Positions 59,229-64,000 of a stretch of 64,000 nucleotides of DNA are shown piece after piece. Each line of letters starts with the position of its first letter. Position 1 is the stretch's first letter. Position numbers and translations under genes: made by a program. The notes under the pieces are model-generated. The model worked only from the letters and a program-made list of their open reading frames with translations, ran no database searches and was not told where the DNA came from. The stretch lies in NCBI RefSeq assembly GCF_009914755.1, contig NC_060947.1; one strand, written 5' to 3'. This stretch comes from the human T2T-CHM13v2.0 reference genome, Homo sapiens.

Positions 59229-59327
59229 TAAAAGTGATAATATTAGGCATTCAAGTTTTCAGGTGGATTAAAAAATAAGCAATTCAAATTTGTTTGCTAT
59301 GAAAACAATATTTATTTATTTGATATA

Positions 59328-59416
59328 CAATAGTCCTTCTCCATCCACAGGAGATATATTCCAAGACCCTCAATGGATGCCTGAAACCCTGGATAGTACC
59401 AAACCCTAAATATACT
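59328..59416. mobile_element. MER44/Tigger7 terminal fragment
   Basis: TTCCAAGACCCTCAATGGATGCCTGAAACCCTGGATAGTACC. Confidence 0.7.
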
Positions 59417-59419
59417 TTA

Positions 59420-60520
59420 CTGTAAAGAAGGCTTAAATTTCTCTAGTTTTGCTTCTGTTGCCCATGCTTTTGGGGTCATATCCGCAAAATCATTGCCTAG
59501 ACCAATGCCATGGAGCTTTCTTGTTTTCTTTTAGTACTTTTACATTTATAATTTTAGATATTATATTTAACTCTTTAATTCATTTTGAGCTGATTTTTCT
59601 ATGTGATGTGAAATAAGAGTCTAATTCAATCTTCTGCATGTAGATATCCAGTTTTCCCAACTACATTTATTGAAGAGACTGTCCTTTCCCCACTGTGTGT
59701 TCTGGACAATTTTGTCAAAAATCAGTTGACTGTAAATGCATGAATTTAGTTCTCAGCTCTCTATTCCGTTCCATTTGTCTATGTGTCTGCTTTTATGACA
59801 GTATCATGTGGTTTAAATTACTATAGGTTTAGAGTATATTTTACAGTGTGGTAGCCTGATGCCTCTCACTTGGTTCTTTTGGCTCAAGGTTGCTTTGGCT
59901 ATGCAGGGTCTTCTGTAGTTCCATATAAATTTTAGGATAGTTTTTTTTTCTATTTCTGTGAAGAATGTCATTGGTATTTTGATTGGAATTGCATTGAGTC
60001 TGCACATCACTTTGGTAGTATGAACATTTTCATACTATTAGTTCTTCGAAACCATGAACACAGGATATATTTCTATTATTTTTGTCTTCAATTTCATTTA
60101 TCAATATTTATAGTATCTTTGTATAGGTCTGTCACATCCTTGGTTAAATTTATTGCTGTTTTATATTTTTATGGCTATTGTTAATGGAATTGTGTTCTTA
60201 ATTTTGGGGGGATAGTTTCTTGTTAGTGTATAAAAATGCTACTGGATTATTTTTAATGATGATTTTGTATCCTGCACATTTACTAAACTGGATTATTAAT
60301 TCTAATAATTTTTGGTAGAATATTTATGGTTCTTATATATATATATGAATATATCATCTGCAAACAGGCACAATTGAAACTTTTCTTTCTATTTTGAAAG
60401 CTTATTATTTATTTTCCTTGCATAATTGCTATTGCTGAAATTTCCAGTACTATACTGGATAGAAATGGTAAGAGTGGGCATCCTTTCCTTGTTCTGATCT
60501 TAAAGGAACCAATTCGTTTT
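59420..60520 (-). mobile_element. L1M ORF2 fragment
   Basis: ORF 59813-60010 resembles L1 ORF2 ([17 protein letters not shown]). Confidence 0.85.
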
Positions 60521-60814
60521 TATCTGTGATTTTTAGGTTTTTGAAAATTACTGTTTTAAACAGAACTTTACTGGCACTCTTGTACTGCAAATGACTGATT
60601 TAAATGGGCAATAAGATGACAATAAAGAATAAAATACTTTGGCCATCCTTTCTAATGTGCCGCTGATTAAATAATACTGCATTTTTAAAAAGTGATTGAA
60701 GTATCCAGATATAATTGCATTTATTTACTCTCATCATGATCCTACACTACCTTCAATTGTTTATTCATTAATCTTTTTAACAACACTGTGGATTTATGTC
60801 TACAAGTATTAAGC

Positions 60815-63800
60815 TTTTTATTTTTTTATTATACTTTAAGTTTTGAGATACATATGCAGAAAGTGCAGGTTTGTTACATAAGTATACACGTTCCATGGTA
60901 GGTTTGCTGCACCCATCAACTTGTCATCTACATTAGGTATTTTTCCTAATGCTATTCCTCCCCTAGCCCCCAACCCCCTGACAGGCCCTGGTGTGTGATG
61001 TTCCCCTCCTTGCGTCCATGTGTTCTTATTGTTCAAATCCCACTTATGAGTGAGAATATGCAGCGTTTGGGTCTCTGTTCCTGTGTTACTTTGCTAAGAA
61101 TGATGGTTTCCAGCTTCATCCATGTCCCTGCAAAGGACATGAATGCATCCTTTTTTATGGCTGCATAGTATTCCATGGTGTATATGTGCCACATTTTCTT
61201 TATCCAGTCTGACATTGATGGGCATTTGGGTTGGTTCCAAGTTTTTGCTATTGTGAATAGTGCTGCAATAAACATACGTGTGCATGTGCCTTTGTAGTAG
61301 AATGATTTATAATCCTTTGAATATATACCCAGTAATGGGATTACTGGGTCAAATGGTATTTCTGGTTCTAGATGCTTGAGAAATCGCCACACTGTCTTCC
61401 ACAAGGTTGGACTAATTTACACTTCCACCAAAAGTGTAAAGGCATTCCTATTTCTCCACATCCTCTCCAGCATGTGTTGTTTCCTGGCTATTTAATGATT
61501 GCCATTCTAACTGGAGTGAGATGGTATCTCATTGTGGTTTTGATTTGCCTTTCTCTAATGACCAGTGATGATGAGCATTTATTCATATATTTATTGGTCC
61601 CATAAATGTCTTCTTTTGAGAAGTGTCTGTTCATATCCTTAGCCCACTTTTTGATGGTTTTTTTTCTTGTAAGTTTGTTTAATTTTGTAGATTCTGGATA
61701 GTAGCCCTTTGTCAGATAGATAGATTGCAAAAATTTTCTCCCAATCTGTAGATTTCCTATTCACTTTGATGATAGTTTCTTTTGCTTTGCAGAAGTTCTT
61801 TAGTTTAATTAGATCCCATTTGTCTATTTTGGCTTTTGTTGCCGTTGCTTTTGGTGTTTTTGTCATGAAGCCTTTGCCCATACCTATGTTCTGAATGGTA
61901 TTACCTCGGTTTTTTTCTAGGGTTTTGATGGTATTAGGTCTTATGTTTAAGTCTTTAATGAATCTTGAGTTAATTTTTGTATAAAGTGTAAAGAAGGGAT
62001 CCAGTTTTTGTTTTCTGCATATGGTTAGCCAGTTTTCCTAACACCATTTGTTAAATAGGGAATCCTTTCCCCATTGCTTGCTTTTGTCAGGCTTGTCAAA
62101 GATCAGATGGTTGTAAATGTGTGGCGTTATTTCTGAGGCCTCTGTTCTATTCCATTGGTCTGTATACCTGTTTTGGTACAAGTACCATGCAGTTTGGATT
62201 ACTGTATCCTTGTAGTATAGTTTGAAGTCAGGTAGCGTGATGCCTGTGGCTTATTTCTTTTTGCTTCAGATTGTCTTGGCTATATGTGGTCTTTTTTGGT
62301 GCCATATGAAATTTAAAGTAGATTTGTTCTAATTTTGTGAAGAAAGTCACTGGTAGATTGATGGGGATAGTGTTGAATCTATAAATTACTTTGGGCATTT
62401 TGGCCATTTTCACGATATTGATTCTTCCTATCCATGAGCATGGAAAGTTTTTCCATTTGTTTGTGTTCTCTCTTACTTCCTTGAGCAGTGGTTTGTAATT
62501 CTCCTTGAAGAGGTCCTTTACATCACTTGTAAATTGTACTCCTAGGTATTTTATTCTTTTTGTAGCAATTGTGAATGGGAGTTCACTCATGATTTGGATC
62601 TCTGTTTATCTGTTATTGGTGTGTAGGAATGCTTGTAATTTTTGTACATTAATTTTGTATCCTAAGACTCTGCTGAAGTTGCTTATCCACCTAAGGGGAT
62701 TTTTGGCTGAGACAATTGGGTTTTTTAAATATATAATCATGTCATCAGCAAACAGAGATAATTTGACTTCCTCTCTTTCTATTTGAATATGCTTTATTTC
62801 TTTCTCTTGCCTTATTGCCCTCGCTAGAACTTCCAATACTATGTTGAATAGGAGAGGTGAGAGAGGGCACCCTTGTCTTGTGCCAGTTTTCAAAGGGAAT
62901 GCTTACAGCTTTTGCACATTCAGTATGATATTGGCAGTGGGTTTGTCATAAATAGCTCTTATTGTTTTGAGATATGTTCCATCAATACCTAGTTTACTGA
63001 GAGTTTTTAGCATAAAGGGGTGTTGAATTTTATCAAAGGCCTTTTGTGCATCTATTGAGATAATCATGTTGTTTTTGTCATTGGTTTTGTTTATGTGATG
63101 AATTAAATTTATTGATTTGCATATGTTGAACTAGCCTTGCATCCCAGGGATGAAGCCGACTTGATCATGGTGGATAAGCTTTTTGATGTGCTGCTGGATT
63201 TGGTTTGCCACTATTTTATTGAGGATTTTCACATTGATGTTCATCGGGGATACTGGCCTGAAGTTGTTGTTGCTGTTGTTGTTGTTGTTGTGTCTCTGCC
63301 AGGTTTTGGTATCAGGATGATGCTGGCCTCATAAAATGAGTTAGGGAGGAGTCCCTGTTTTTCTGTTGTTTGGAATAGTTTCAGAAGGAATGGTACTAGC
63401 TCCTCATTGTACCTCTGGTAGAATTCGTCTCTGTATCCATCTGGTCCTGGGCATTTTTGGTTGGTAGGCTACTAATTACTGCCTCAATTTGAGAACTGTT
63501 ATCGGTCTATTCAGGAATTTAGCTTCTTCCTGGTTTAGTATTTGGAGGGTGTATGTGTCCAGGAATTTATCCATTTCTTCTAGATTTCCTAGTTTATTTG
63601 CATAGAAGTATTTATAGTATTCTCTGATGGTAGTTTGTATTTCTGTGGGACCAGTGGTGATACCCTCTTTACCATTTTTTATTGTGTCTATTTGATTCTT
63701 ATCTATTAGTCTGGCTAGTGGTCTATTTTGTTAATCTTTTCAAAAAATCCAGTTCCTGGATTCACTGATTTTTTGATGGGTTTTTCCTATATCTATCTCC

Positions 63801-64000
63801 TTCAGTTCTGCTCTGATTTTAGTTATTTCTTGTCTTCTGCTAGCTTTTGAATTTTTTTACTTTTGCTTCTCCAGTTCTTTTAAATTGTGATGTTAGGGTG
63901 TCAATTTTAGATCTTTCCCACTATCTCCTGTGGGCATTTAATGCTATAAATTTCCCTTTAAACACTGCTTTAGCTGTGTCCAAGAGATTCTGTTACCTTG
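60815..64000 (-). mobile_element. L1PA7-like LINE-1, 3' 3.2 kb, frameshifted ORF2, runs off the window
   Basis: A-rich tail at ~60815; L1PA 3' UTR; ORF2 peptides [44 protein letters not shown]; (GTT)n at 63263-63291. Confidence 0.95.

Noticed and set aside
61033-62893. Reverse-transcriptase-like peptides as a novel retroelement system
   Set aside because: Ordinary frameshifted L1 ORF2 fragments

Overview
Primate genomic DNA, most likely human because it carries an Alu with all five AluYa5 diagnostic bases. The window is AT-rich and mostly transposable-element relics: nested L1M/L1MA/L1PA LINEs, about 10 Alus, three THE1 and two MST-type MaLR elements, MLT2, a cluster of ERV1 solo LTRs including LTR12, DNA transposons (Tigger3/4/7, MER3/5/33/53), L2, MIR and CR1. 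I found no credible protein-coding gene, RNA gene or CRISPR array; the listed ORFs are repeat-derived or chance. I could not support a previously undescribed biological system. The most notable signals are structural: (1) an old complex inversion at ~29.6-36.6 kb that splits one MaLR element and its host L1 into opposite orientations; (2) an AluYa5 with an adjoining 59-bp tandem duplication; (3) a perfect 24-bp-arm hairpin inside a THE1; (4) a twin-primed inverted L1; (5) a 235-bp tandem duplication; (6) an LTR12 promoter core with 9 CCAAT boxes. Repeat subfamily names come from my recall of consensus sequences and should be confirmed with RepeatMasker/Dfam.
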